From sequence record DRR723986_9343: DNA of 64,000 bases; one strand, written 5' to 3'. The number at the start of each line of letters is the position of its first letter. Position 1 is the stretch's first letter. The notes beneath the pieces are model-generated. The model saw nothing but the letters and a program-made list of their open reading frames with translations. It had not been told where the DNA came from and made no database searches. The position numbers were made by a program, and so were the translations under genes. Positions 27,535 through 37,988 of this stretch are shown here, in pieces.

Positions 27535-28992
27535 CTATTCAGGCGGTTTCATGAAGTAATCGTTGAGAAATGCCTTTCTGTCTTCGTCCGTGTTGGCAAA
27601 CTCTACGAGGGCCAGCAGTTTCTTCTGACCAAGCAGCAACTTGGCTGACAGCTTGTCCGCATCACGCAGTTCTTCAGGCAACTTACCAACGGAACGAATG
27701 TCGAATGGATGCAGGCTGCCTTCTATCGCGCCGAATCGATCGAGCATACCAAGTGCGGTTTCCAGCCGCCGGTCATGTTTTTGTTTCGCGTGCAACCGTT
27801 CGCGAAGCCATTCGATTCCGAAGGCGTTTACGGAGTCCAGATCGTGGGAAAGAAAATCATGCAGCCGAGCGTAAAAGTCGACGTCGGGATTGCTCCACTT
27901 CATGAACTCCATTTGCGTTGCCAAGTCCGCTTGGTTGTAAAGTAGCAGGCATTCGCTCGGCAATCCATCGCGTCCTGCACGCCCAATCTCTTGATAATAC
28001 GCTTCGAGCGAACCCGGCAGATCCGCATGCACGACGAATCGGATATCAGCCTTGTCGATGCCCATGCCGAACGCATTGGTAGCTAACACTAGATTTCCAG
28101 ATTCAGCGACAAAGCGGTCTTGGACAGCGCGTCGTTCGCGGCGAGGCAGGTCGCCATGGTAAATTAGGTGGTCGAGTCGTTTCTCTTGGAGATAGTCGCT
28201 AAACCGATACAGTGTCTTGATCAGTGTGAAGTAAACAACTCCGTTCCCCTCGGACGGATGCCGCTGGTTTACCTCCAGAATTTTCTCTAGCTTTTCTTCG
28301 TCGTCCCAGACGTCGGTAACGCCGAGTGATAGATTGGGGCGATCGATTCCCTCGTGAAACAGTTTGATTTCGGATTCTTTCAATCCCAGTTGCTGAACGA
28401 TGTCGCTCTGGACCTCACGCGTGGCGGTGGCGGTCAACGCAACCGTTGGAGGGCAGCCTAAGAACTCTCGGATTTCAGCAACGCGCGTGTAGTCGGGGCG
28501 GAAGTCGTGGCCCCACTGACTAATACAATGTGCTTCGTCGACGGCGAGCAAACAGATGGCTCGTGACGAGAGAACTTCGCGGAATTCTGGCTTCCGAAAT
28601 CGTTCGGGAGTGACATACAAGATATCATACTTCCCGTCGGCTAGTCCCCGGTAGCGTTCTTGGCGGTTCTGACGGTCCAAGGATGAATTGATAAATGTTG
28701 CATCGACGCCTTTCGCAGTCAACGCGTCGACCTGGTCCTTCATCAGCGCAATGAGGGGAGACAGGACGATGGTCAATGGTGATCCGGTCTGCGGTGCCCC
28801 AGTGGCACTTTTTGCAAGTGCTATGGCTGGAATCTGGTAACACAGCGACTTGCCTCCGCCGGTTGGCATGATTACCAGGGAGTGCTGACCGTTGATCGCG
28901 CGGGAAACGATTTCGGCTTGGTTCCCACGAAACTCACTGAAGCCGAATACCGAGGAAAGTATTTCAGATGCTGAGACTTGGGGATTTGTCAT
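27535..28992 (-). CDS. recQ: RecQ-family ATP-dependent DNA helicase (short form)
   Basis: MPTGGGKSLCYQ, VDEAHCISQWGHDFRPDY, ATNAFGMGIDK, YYQEIGRAGRDG. Confidence 0.93.
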   Translation of the reverse strand: MTNPQVSASEILSSVFGFSEFRGNQAEIVSRAINGQHSLVIMPTGGGKSLCYQIPAIALAKSATGAPQTGSPLTIVLSPLIALMKDQVDALTAKGVDATFINSSLDRQNRQERYRGLADGKYDILYVTPERFRKPEFREVLSSRAICLLAVDEAHCISQWGHDFRPDYTRVAEIREFLGCPPTVALTATATREVQSDIVQQLGLKESEIKLFHEGIDRPNLSLGVTDVWDDEEKLEKILEVNQRHPSEGNGVVYFTLIKTLYRFSDYLQEKRLDHLIYHGDLPRRERRAVQDRFVAESGNLVLATNAFGMGIDKADIRFVVHADLPGSLEAYYQEIGRAGRDGLPSECLLLYNQADLATQMEFMKWSNPDVDFYARLHDFLSHDLDSVNAFGIEWLRERLHAKQKHDRRLETALGMLDRFGAIEGSLHPFDIRSVGKLPEELRDADKLSAKLLLGQKKLLALVEFANTDEDRKAFLNDYFMKPPE

Positions 28993-29323
28993 GAATTGGT
29001 TGCGAAGCAGAGTAAATGATCAGTCTGATCGACGAGTGAACCTTCAGCTTCCAACACGCGCAAAGCCAGGTTTTCGAGATGATAAACTGCCCCGACCGAT
29101 CGCTAAAGTGCCCTCGCGGCCTACCACACAATTGGCCGATCGACAGCAACCTTGTGCTATGCATCCAGGGGTGAATAATGTTTGGGCTGGCGATTCGCGA
29201 TGTGTTCCAGTGGACTCGGAATCATAGCGGATCGCTCTTCCTTGCTGATGCGGGTGAGGATGATTGTGGCCAATAAAAGTTGGCTGGTTTGGGCGGATAA
29301 AACTCTCTCGATGGTGATGACAG

Positions 29324-30133
29324 ATGCAGATTCTTGAAGGCCTCTTTACGCTGGAAAGCTTGTTCACGCTTATGATGCTGATTCTGCTTCAGGCGGTCCT
29401 GGGGTTTGATAATCTGCTTTACATTTCGATTGAATCCAAACGTGTCGCCCCGGAGAAGCAGTCGATGGTTCGGGCTTGGGGCGTCGGCCTAGCGATCGTG
29501 CTACGCCTGATCATGCTTGTGGTCATGATGTTCACGATCGAAAAGTTGAATGTGCCGCTGTTTGAATACGAAATCGAAGGGTGGATCGACGTTCACATGA
29601 ATGTTCACTCAATCGTCGTCTTAGCTGGCGGCGTGTTCATCATGTATACCGCCGTCAAAGAGATCTACCACATGCTGGGCACCCACGATTTACATGGCGC
29701 TGAATCTGACAAGCCCAAGGTCACGGTTCAGAAGGCCATTATGTGGATCGTGGTAATGAACCTAGTCTTTTCATTCGATTCAATTCTCAGTGCGATTGCC
29801 CTCACGCACCAAGTGATTGTGATGTCGACGGCCGTTGTTATCAGTGGACTGTTGATGATATGGCTGTCCGACCGAGTGGCAGATTTCCTGGAGAAGAACA
29901 AGATGTATGAAGTCCTGGGGCTCTTCATCTTGCTCTTGGTAGGCGTCATGTTGCTGGCCGAAGGTGGCCACTTGGCTCATCTCGCCTTCTTCGGATATGA
30001 GATCCACCAAATGGCATCCAGCACGTTTTACTTCGTGATTGCCGTTCTTGTGGTCGTTGACATCGTCCAGGGGCGTTATCAGAAGAAGTTGCTTGCCAAG
30101 GCACAGATGCAAGCGGGCGCGAATCACGATTGA
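29324..30133 (+). CDS. TerC family integral membrane protein
   Basis: LQAVLGFDNLLYI, NLVFSFDSILSA. Confidence 0.9.
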   Translation: MQILEGLFTLESLFTLMMLILLQAVLGFDNLLYISIESKRVAPEKQSMVRAWGVGLAIVLRLIMLVVMMFTIEKLNVPLFEYEIEGWIDVHMNVHSIVVLAGGVFIMYTAVKEIYHMLGTHDLHGAESDKPKVTVQKAIMWIVVMNLVFSFDSILSAIALTHQVIVMSTAVVISGLLMIWLSDRVADFLEKNKMYEVLGLFILLLVGVMLLAEGGHLAHLAFFGYEIHQMASSTFYFVIAVLVVVDIVQGRYQKKLLAKAQMQAGANHD

Positions 30134-30186
30134 TGCGCGGTACGACGCTGGAAAGCTCGCTTGGAGAAAGAGAGTATTCGGTGTAT

Positions 30187-30600
30187 CTAGGCGCGTTTTC
30201 GCATGAACAGGTCGTACATCGGTTCTGCGATTTGGTCAGCGGAAGAATCGCTTAGCTCTTCTGAGAGCATTTGATCGAATTGCCCCTGGAAGACCTTTTC
30301 AGCTCGGCCGCCGCTCATGTAGGCCACGCCTTCCTGTGTGCTGCGGAGGGATTTGATCATCTCACTGAAAAAGGTCTGCCCTACGAAGTCCTCGAAGGCT
30401 TCGCGGACCTCGGGATTATCGACAGTAGTTGCTGGTTGCCAGCCCTCAATTTTCTTCTCATCCAGACTAGGTGTCTGCGCGAGTACGTCACCAAACTTGA
30501 CCGGTTCCGTGCTCGATAGCTTCTTTGCAGACAGCCCCTCCGGCTGAACTGGTGCCGAGAATCGTTCGGTAGTGTGGATCTGTGATGTGCGATTAATCAC
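30187..30600 (-). CDS. flgJ: Rod-binding protein (FlgJ N-terminal domain only)
   Basis: AFEDFVGQTFFSEMIKSLR...GGRAEKVFQGQFDQ; directly after flgI. Confidence 0.75.
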   Translation of the reverse strand: MINRTSQIHTTERFSAPVQPEGLSAKKLSSTEPVKFGDVLAQTPSLDEKKIEGWQPATTVDNPEVREAFEDFVGQTFFSEMIKSLRSTQEGVAYMSGGRAEKVFQGQFDQMLSEELSDSSADQIAEPMYDLFMRKRA

Positions 30601-30737
30601 GGACGGAACTCTTTGCAGTTGGGACGAGAGGCTCTCTAGCCGCGGTACGACTTGATCGGCATTGGTTCAGTGCGAATTACTAAGTTGGCTGATTTCTGCG
30701 CTAGCTGATTTCTACGTCAATCGGAGATCGAAGGGCA

Positions 30738-31922
30738 CTACAGGAACGTCAGTTCACCGTATATGTCACCATTTCGATGAAGGGTACGAATGATATTGAT
30801 CGTATCCTGAGTCGGAACCTGAAGACTGTTCAGTGCATCGACTAGGTTCTTCAGCCGCGGCCTAGGATTTCCAGGGCTTTGCGTGTCAAAGCCGACGAAT
30901 CGCTTGGCGGGTGGCTGAGCTTCGATGCTCAGGTTCTTGTGGGTGATCGCAACCGGACTGATCATGACTTCTTCACCCACGATAACGATGCCATCACGTT
31001 CATTGATGATGACACTTTTCTTCTTTTCAATGTTGGTTAACGGAACGTCCATCAGCAATGAAAGGAACTTGACGGGGGCATCTTCGTAGATCTTGGGGAC
31101 CTGAACGACGACGTGGTGTGCATCAATCGCTTTCACTTCGATGTAAGAATCAGCGGAGCTTGCACCCGCAAGCGCACCCTGGTTCAATTCATCGATCGCG
31201 TCCTCGATGAAGTAGGCATTTGAGAATGACGCGATTGAGTTCTGCAGGACCAGCGTGACGCTGCCGTTCTGAACAAATCCGTTTGTGACGGTGGCTTCCA
31301 TCTTGCAACCGTCTGCAATCACACCTGATGTTGGAAGGTCTGGATTTGGCAGCGAGATGCGCCCTTCGGCAAGCGCGTAGACGGCTCTTTGATCCGCCCG
31401 AGGTCCGTGAAGATGAGTGATCATGAGCCGGCCGCCCTCAAGGCTACTGGCGCTGATCGCGTTAATGTGACAATCAAGCTTGTCACCCTGTTGAGCGCCC
31501 GCGGGAGGGATTGTCGCGGTGATCATGACCGCCGCAGCGTTTCGAGCTTCCGACACCTCGTCAACAATGGGCAGCCCGTTTGCATCGGTGCCGATGTTGC
31601 CGCCCAACAGTTGTGCCATACGCGCCAAGGACCGCATCGTTGGCATGCTGGCATCGTCCCCGGTGCCGTTGAGTCCGACGACGAGGCCGATACCTTGCAG
31701 CGTATTCTCCTCCTGTCCCTTAACTCGACAAACATCACGCACTTTGACGGGCGTTGTGGGAATCGGAGCGGCCGAGATGGCAGGAGTAAAATTCTGCGCT
31801 TGAGCGATACCGCACAGACCAGGGTTTAACGTAGCTGTGAGCAACAACGAACACAGCATAGCCGGTCGACAGGCGGCACAGATTCGATTGTTGCCACGCC
31901 TGGAGTTGGTGGATTCGTTCAT
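30738..31922 (-). CDS. flgI: Flagellar P-ring protein
   Basis: NTLQGIGLVVGLNGTGD, ASSLEGGRL, VIINERDGIVIVG. Confidence 0.92.
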   Translation of the reverse strand: MNESTNSRRGNNRICAACRPAMLCSLLLTATLNPGLCGIAQAQNFTPAISAAPIPTTPVKVRDVCRVKGQEENTLQGIGLVVGLNGTGDDASMPTMRSLARMAQLLGGNIGTDANGLPIVDEVSEARNAAAVMITATIPPAGAQQGDKLDCHINAISASSLEGGRLMITHLHGPRADQRAVYALAEGRISLPNPDLPTSGVIADGCKMEATVTNGFVQNGSVTLVLQNSIASFSNAYFIEDAIDELNQGALAGASSADSYIEVKAIDAHHVVVQVPKIYEDAPVKFLSLLMDVPLTNIEKKKSVIINERDGIVIVGEEVMISPVAITHKNLSIEAQPPAKRFVGFDTQSPGNPRPRLKNLVDALNSLQVPTQDTINIIRTLHRNGDIYGELTFL

Positions 31923-31986
31923 GATTAAATGTCACGCAAGCGGAAAAGCGATTGAGTGCACCGGAAGGAAATGCAGCTTATCAAGA

Positions 31987-32805
31987 TTAGAATGGCTGGA
32001 AGCGAGCAACAAACTCAGTGAACCAACCACGTCGATAGCCGTCGCGAGCTTGACCGCTTTCCTTCTTGTCGATATCCAAGTGAATGATGTCCCGGCTCAG
32101 TACAACGTTGTCGGGGCCGACAGCCTGGGCTTGGCATTCACCAGTTAGGGCTATCTCCCAGCGATTGTCATTAATGGAAATGCGCTTCCGAGCTTGAAGA
32201 ACAATATTACCATTTGGTCGGATGTCGATAATCTCTGCGGCGATGTTGAAGACCAGCGACTCTCTGGTCGTCAGGATCGAGTTCGCGCGGAAGTTCTGAT
32301 TGGTTTGTGCGGAGATCGTTGGGTCGCCATCAGATTGCGGAGCCGGTTTCAGGGCCAGACCCGTTAATTGAATCCAGTCCGCGAGGACAGCATCGTAGAG
32401 TCCGTTTTTTCGGGTTGTTGCAATTCCGTCGGCGGTCATGCGTGACGCTTCATCCACGCGTAGCTGCACAATGTCATGCACCTTTAGCACTCGTTCGGGT
32501 GGCCGTGGCATATGATAGTACGAACCAGCCATTGCGCCGGGGGCCTGCATTGGCATGGCGCCAGCCATTTGGGCCTGGTTCGGTGCACCCTGCATCATCT
32601 GCGGAGTCATTGCTTGTGCGCCCATCTTTGGCTGGGGCTGCATCATAGGCTGTGAGCCACCGGCGGCCATTGGTGGCGCGGGAGCTGGTTGCGGAGCCAT
32701 CCGCGGATTATGGAAAAGGCTGCTCTGCTGTGCCAACAATGGAGCGGAAAGTTGACTCAAGCAAATGCAAAATAGGCATGCTCGAAGCATTTGGGTTTCC
32801 TTCAT
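31987..32805 (-). CDS. flgH: Flagellar L-ring protein
   Basis: [33 protein letters not shown]; operon position. Confidence 0.88.
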   Translation of the reverse strand: MKETQMLRACLFCICLSQLSAPLLAQQSSLFHNPRMAPQPAPAPPMAAGGSQPMMQPQPKMGAQAMTPQMMQGAPNQAQMAGAMPMQAPGAMAGSYYHMPRPPERVLKVHDIVQLRVDEASRMTADGIATTRKNGLYDAVLADWIQLTGLALKPAPQSDGDPTISAQTNQNFRANSILTTRESLVFNIAAEIIDIRPNGNIVLQARKRISINDNRWEIALTGECQAQAVGPDNVVLSRDIIHLDIDKKESGQARDGYRRGWFTEFVARFQPF

Positions 32806-32835
32806 ATCCGAATTGTTCTTGCGAATGGCGACTGT

Positions 32836-33972
32836 CTAGCGGCTCGGCGTGGCGCGGGCCGCGATCCTCACAACGTTGCTGTCCACGACCGTTCCGTACA
32901 CTTTGACGCGACCAGGCAATTCAACTTGAATCAGTTCGCCTGTAGCTCCCGGGGAGAGAGCTTTACCAGGTGAGCTGACGGTGATGCCACCTGCAACCGA
33001 CTCCACGGTAACGAGCTGGGCTCGCGAAATCACGATTGGTTCGCCGACCATCTGGTCGTTCAGCGGCAAGCCAGTTGCGAGGCTTCGGCGGATCTGCTTG
33101 CCAACAACTTGATCGATCGAGGTGTAATACTTGTCACTCTTTCGAGCCGACTTGTGTAGCACTTTCAGTTTCAGCGCGTCGGGTTGCAGCACTTCGTCTT
33201 TACGCAGTGGACGACTCGCAACAACAACCATTTCCGGGAGCTTTACGTTGGCTTGAACCTTGACCAAGAACTGTTTACCGGTCGAATCCTTGATCTGGAG
33301 CACAAACTCCTGCTCTCCGAGAAAATCGCCTTTACCGCCGCCGATTTGTAGGATCGCTCGCCGGCCTTGAAGCGTCTTTACATGAGTATCTGGAATCCGT
33401 GTCTCGACTTCCCAGCGTGTTCGTTCGCCAGTCTTGAACGCAATGTACTGTGCAATTGCAGTCGCGACGTTCTGTTTGGCGACCTCCATTTGCTTCGGGG
33501 ATGCAAACGCTTGCGTCATGCCCGAGGCTAAATTCACCATCCCGGAATCGCGTCGCTGCAAATGCGCAACGCCGGAACCTTGCCAATCAATACTGCTTGG
33601 ATGTACGCCGCGAAGTTCCAGGTGTTGCAGGATGTCGCTTTTGTGCCATGTCTGAGATGCACCGACTTGAGGCGCCGGCCCGACGACTTCGGAGAGATTT
33701 TTTTCTAAGTAGGCATTTCGTCCAGCGACGATTTCGACCAGATCCTTCAACAAAACGGCTGACGAAGTAGCTACAGGAGTCTTGCGAAATCGCAGTGTCG
33801 CCCGCGACGCGGCAGTTCGATTGGTCGATGAGAGCCGTTGCGGCTCGTTTGCGGCCGGGCGCTGTGCGACAGCAACTGTTGGCAGCAAGCACAGCAGTTG
33901 CAGCGCAATGAGTGTGTTTCGAAAGTGTCGCATCTGCATCCCAACTGGATCAAGAAGTCCTGTTCTGACCAA
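32836..33972 (-). CDS. flgA: Flagellar basal-body P-ring formation chaperone
   Basis: C-terminal SAF domain (VVVASRPLRKDEVL...VVGKQIRRSL...GKALSPGATGELIQV); operon position. Confidence 0.85.
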   Translation of the reverse strand: MVRTGLLDPVGMQMRHFRNTLIALQLLCLLPTVAVAQRPAANEPQRLSSTNRTAASRATLRFRKTPVATSSAVLLKDLVEIVAGRNAYLEKNLSEVVGPAPQVGASQTWHKSDILQHLELRGVHPSSIDWQGSGVAHLQRRDSGMVNLASGMTQAFASPKQMEVAKQNVATAIAQYIAFKTGERTRWEVETRIPDTHVKTLQGRRAILQIGGGKGDFLGEQEFVLQIKDSTGKQFLVKVQANVKLPEMVVVASRPLRKDEVLQPDALKLKVLHKSARKSDKYYTSIDQVVGKQIRRSLATGLPLNDQMVGEPIVISRAQLVTVESVAGGITVSSPGKALSPGATGELIQVELPGRVKVYGTVVDSNVVRIAARATPSR

Positions 33973-33984
33973 TGTTTTCCTACG

Positions 33985-34788
33985 CTATCGTCGTAGGTTG
34001 GAGATCAATTGCATGACTTGGTCGCCCGCCTGAACCGCCTGCGAGTTCAGCTCGAACCCGCGTTGGGTAGTGATGAGGTCAATCAACTCGCCAACTGGTT
34101 CGACGTTCGATGACTCCAGTGCACCTTGTCGCAAGATGCCAAGCCCATCGGAGCCTGGCGTTCCCGGCAGTGCGGTGTTGCTCGCGTCAGTTGGTTGATA
34201 AAGATTCTCTCCCACCTTCAGCAAGCCATCTGGGTTGATGAAAGTTGCCATGTTGAGCTGGCCAACTTGAGAAAGCTCGTCGACTCCCGGCTGGCGAACA
34301 CGAACCTCTCCATTGGGAGCGATGACAATGTCGGTAGCGTCTTGTGGGATGGTGATTGCGGGTTCGAGCGGTCGTCCCGTTTGAGCGGAGCCGATGACGA
34401 GCTGTCCGTTTGCATTGATGTCCAAGTTCCCACTTCTGGTGTAAAGCGGGTTTCCCGACAGCGGGTCGGTGACTTGCAAAAAGCCTGGACCTTCGATCGC
34501 AACGTCCAACTGCCGCCCTGTGTCTTGGAATGCACCCTGCCGAAAGTCCTTCTGAGTGCTCTGGACACGCGTACCCAATCCGATCTGAGTTCCTACCGGA
34601 GTTGCTTCACCGTTGGCATCGAGCATGCCGGGATAGGCGTCGGTGCGGTAGACCAAGTCTTCAAAGTTCGCTCGGTCTTTCTTGAATGCAGTCGTGTTGA
34701 TGTTCGCCAGATTATTCGCGATTACATCGAGCTTCGTCTGCATGGCGTCCATGCCCGTCGCTGCGGTGTAGAGAGTTTGTACGCTCAT
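33985..34788 (-). CDS. flgG: Flagellar basal-body rod protein FlgG
   Basis: ANNLANINTTAFK, DVAIEGPGF, LESSNVEPV, QRGFELNS. Confidence 0.95.
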   Translation of the reverse strand: MSVQTLYTAATGMDAMQTKLDVIANNLANINTTAFKKDRANFEDLVYRTDAYPGMLDANGEATPVGTQIGLGTRVQSTQKDFRQGAFQDTGRQLDVAIEGPGFLQVTDPLSGNPLYTRSGNLDINANGQLVIGSAQTGRPLEPAITIPQDATDIVIAPNGEVRVRQPGVDELSQVGQLNMATFINPDGLLKVGENLYQPTDASNTALPGTPGSDGLGILRQGALESSNVEPVGELIDLITTQRGFELNSQAVQAGDQVMQLISNLRR

Positions 34789-34848
34789 GAGAAACCCTTG
34801 TTCTGACGTTTTCTTGTGTTCTGTTTATGCTAACTAACGCAGACGCGA

Positions 34849-35601
34849 CTACTGACTGAGGACTCGGCTGATCAATTGGCCGGTCGAATCATCTTGCGAT
34901 TGAATCATGCTAATGTTTGCTTCGTAGATTCTCGTTGTTTCGATCAACTCCATCATCGCTGCAGTCGGCTTGACGGCTGAAGCTTCGAGGGCTCCACGAA
35001 GGATGTTGCGATCACCGCGGCCAACGGGTGAGATTGGCGTCAGCGATTCGAAGAGGTTTTCTCCAATTCTTGAGAGATCCCCAATTGCCGCTGGTCGGAA
35101 CAGACCAAGTTCTTGAGTCGTTCCAGCTTGATGGATGAAGCCGTCGTCGGTTACTTCGTAAGGAAGTTGTGGATTGATGTTGATCGTTCCCCCGCGTTGG
35201 GAGAGGACCGGATCACCATTGGGAGTGACGAGTGTTCCTGACGCATCGAAGAGAAAATTTCCCGCTCGCGTCATGAGCTGTTTGTCACCGCGCTGCACCG
35301 TGAAAAAGCTCTCTTCGTCGACGATGGCAAAATCTGTTCGGTTGCCTGTTTGCTTGATCGGACCTTGCTCGAACAGTGTTTCCGTCGGCTGGATGGCTAT
35401 ACCACCACCGATGTCGTCGATTCCGCCCTGCCCTGCCATGACATCGCCCTGTTCAATCGCGGCCGAATGTCGACTTTGGAGCATTGCCAGGTGTGGTTTG
35501 AAGCCTGCTGTATTTACATTGGCCAGGTTATTGCTGAGCACTTCCAGCCGATGCGTCTGGGCGGCGGCTCCGCCAGCCGAGACATACATTCCGTACGACA
35601 T
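34849..35601 (-). CDS. flgF: Flagellar basal-body rod protein FlgF
   Basis: SNNLANVNTAGFK, TRAGNF, LEASAV; upstream of flgG. Confidence 0.88.
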   Translation of the reverse strand: MSYGMYVSAGGAAAQTHRLEVLSNNLANVNTAGFKPHLAMLQSRHSAAIEQGDVMAGQGGIDDIGGGIAIQPTETLFEQGPIKQTGNRTDFAIVDEESFFTVQRGDKQLMTRAGNFLFDASGTLVTPNGDPVLSQRGGTININPQLPYEVTDDGFIHQAGTTQELGLFRPAAIGDLSRIGENLFESLTPISPVGRGDRNILRGALEASAVKPTAAMMELIETTRIYEANISMIQSQDDSTGQLISRVLSQ

Positions 35602-35898
35602 GTTGGTTGTACCCCGAAATCGCTGCGCACCCCTGCGTCCAATTCGACGTTTCGCAATTCCCCATCACTGCGTCAAGGTGGATGTGCGCAAAAGTACATC
35701 CAGAGGGGGTTCGGCGTCGCCCAATCGTCGTTGTTAGTTTGCGTCGACTTGGCAAAGCGTGTCGATTGCGAATTCCATTCCGGAGTCGATCGCCAGCGAT
35801 ACCGATACGAGAACTATCGCTGCGCACAAAGGTCTTCCTCTGCAGGAGGGTTACCCACGGTGCGTGTTCAGAAGTTCAAGCAATGGATTGCTAGCGTT

Positions 35899-36504
35899 AT
35901 GAGTCGACGATTCCGAACAAGTTCAGGTCTGCCGAGTTGTTTGTCCATGTTGACGCTCGCGCTTGCGATGACGGCGACTGTTCAAATGGAAAGATCCGCC
36001 AGTGCTCAGCATTGGGGGCACACGCACGGGCAGAGTCTTAGCCAGCGATTCCACACCGACTACTACAGAAACAAAGCTTGGCCGCATCCTTTCCGCGCCT
36101 ACGATGCGCAAGCGGTTTCGAGTTTCTTCGATGCACAGCGAAACGCTGGGTGGCAGCTCCACAACACGCTTGGAACGAACATGTTCCAAGCACAGACCGG
36201 TCAATTGACAGGCTCGGGCTTGGCCCATGTACGTTGGCTTGTGACTTACGCGCCTCAGTCGCGACGTGTTGTATTCATCAAGCAGGCAGATACGCAGAAA
36301 GAAACCGCCGCACGTGTCGAAGCGGCACAGGTCGCGATCAGCAAGTTTGTGCCCGTTGGTCCACTGCCTCAGATTTACTTGACCGATCGTGAGCCAGCAG
36401 GTTCAAGCGGTACTTATCAAACGGCAATTCACCGAGCGATGGCGGGAAGCGTTCCGAGTCCTCGACTGCCAGCGAACGCTAGCGCAGTTGGCTCTACGCC
36501 TTAG
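35899..36504 (+). CDS. Exported hypothetical protein
   Basis: Signal peptide after ATG 35899; the longer ORF overlaps flgF, so it was trimmed. Confidence 0.6.
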   Translation: MSRRFRTSSGLPSCLSMLTLALAMTATVQMERSASAQHWGHTHGQSLSQRFHTDYYRNKAWPHPFRAYDAQAVSSFFDAQRNAGWQLHNTLGTNMFQAQTGQLTGSGLAHVRWLVTYAPQSRRVVFIKQADTQKETAARVEAAQVAISKFVPVGPLPQIYLTDREPAGSSGTYQTAIHRAMAGSVPSPRLPANASAVGSTP

Positions 36505-36656
36505 TATGGACGGGTTAGTCACCGTCGCCTCAGTCGAGGTTGCCCTGTTCGAGAAGACGCGCTCGAGAAGACGCAACAGTCTTTTCGCCATCGCGGCACC
36601 TTCGGCGGGCTACATTCGATGAATTAGAGTGTTCGGTTGGCTAAGTATTCCACTGA

Positions 36657-37793
36657 CTAGGAAGCTGACAAAGACTTATCGTACAAACGGTAAGTCTTGC
36701 TCTTCTCGAGGCCGCTGCGTTCCAGCGAACCTCGGGAAAGATGGTTCGATTCCAGCACCCAGGAGAATTCTCCGTGCTTGATCCCCAGCTCTAAACAGTC
36801 GGGGAGCATTCTTTCGAGGGCCAGCAGTCCGAAGCCCCATTTCTGAAACTCGGGAAGCACATTGGTGCTCATTAGTCGAACGCGATCGATCTTCCGTTTG
36901 CTCATCAAGAGTTTGATGAAGCCGAATGGAAACAAGCGGCCGCCGATCTTCTTAATCGTTGGGTTGAAATCCATCAGCCCGAGGCCGGCACCAATCGGTT
37001 TTCCGTCAACTTCGATGATGGTGGTTAGTTCTGGCAAGAGAAGGTGTTTGAGTTCTTTTGCCAGGTGTTTCACTTCGGCGGTTGAAAGCGGGACAAATCC
37101 CCAGGTGCCGACAAGGGACTTGTTGTAGATTTCCAAGAACAACGCGACTTCATCGGCAAAATTCTTCAGATCAAAACGGCGCACGTTTACATTGAATCGT
37201 CGCTTAATTTCTTCAACCACAAACGCCAACTTTGGATCCAAGTCGGCAATCATGTCAATGTGGCCTTCAAATGCGTAAAGGTCCTGGGTTTTCTCGAAGC
37301 CGAACTTGGTCCACAAATCCTCGTAGTACGGTCGGTTGTAGGTCATCATGAATGTCGGCGGCGTCGAATAGCCTTCAACCAACATGCCAACTTCGTAATT
37401 GAGGCTTGGATTAACCGGGCCACGAACGCTGTCCATGCCCTTCTCTTTTAGATAATCACACGCGCCCTGCAGTAGTTGCTCGGCGGCGGCGGGATCGTCT
37501 TCACATTCGAAGAAGCCGAGAAAGCCTCTTTGTTCCTCGAAACGTTGGTTATGTCCAACGTTAACCAGTGCCCGGACACGGCCGACGATTTCGCCACCGC
37601 GAGCGACGACGAAGTTCTCTCCGTAGTTCTCGTTGTAAAATGGGTGGTTGGAAAAGCCGCAAAGATCCTTAACTTGGCTTCCCAGTGGCGGGACCCAATT
37701 GGGATCGGAAGCGTAGATTTTCCACGGGAGTTTTAGAAAGCCCTTGCGATCGCTCGAGCTATTGCCGACTCTCCGGACTTCGTAGTTGTTCAT
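36657..37793 (-). CDS. GNAT-family N-acetyltransferase (YghO-like)
   Basis: DPNWVPPL, GFLGFFEC, RGPVNPS, YNRPYY, EFSWVLESN. Confidence 0.82.
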   Translation of the reverse strand: MNNYEVRRVGNSSSDRKGFLKLPWKIYASDPNWVPPLGSQVKDLCGFSNHPFYNENYGENFVVARGGEIVGRVRALVNVGHNQRFEEQRGFLGFFECEDDPAAAEQLLQGACDYLKEKGMDSVRGPVNPSLNYEVGMLVEGYSTPPTFMMTYNRPYYEDLWTKFGFEKTQDLYAFEGHIDMIADLDPKLAFVVEEIKRRFNVNVRRFDLKNFADEVALFLEIYNKSLVGTWGFVPLSTAEVKHLAKELKHLLLPELTTIIEVDGKPIGAGLGLMDFNPTIKKIGGRLFPFGFIKLLMSKRKIDRVRLMSTNVLPEFQKWGFGLLALERMLPDCLELGIKHGEFSWVLESNHLSRGSLERSGLEKSKTYRLYDKSLSAS

Positions 37794-37988
37794 CCTTGGG
37801 CCGCCGTTTTCCAATTTCGAAAGTGCCAAGATCGCTGCACTAACGTTTTAACAGTTTTTCAGTTTAGTAACGTGCCGAGCTATGCCAAAATTAGCGAAGC
37901 ACACCAATTTCTACGCACCTGCACTAGCGAATTGCGTCATTGTGGGCGAAAGACGATTGGTGGAATGGGCTATGCCGTATAACCTCAC

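Noticed and set aside
35350-35898. N-terminal extension of the 384-aa ORF
   Set aside because: Overlaps flgF on the opposite strand; the signal peptide begins only after ATG 35899
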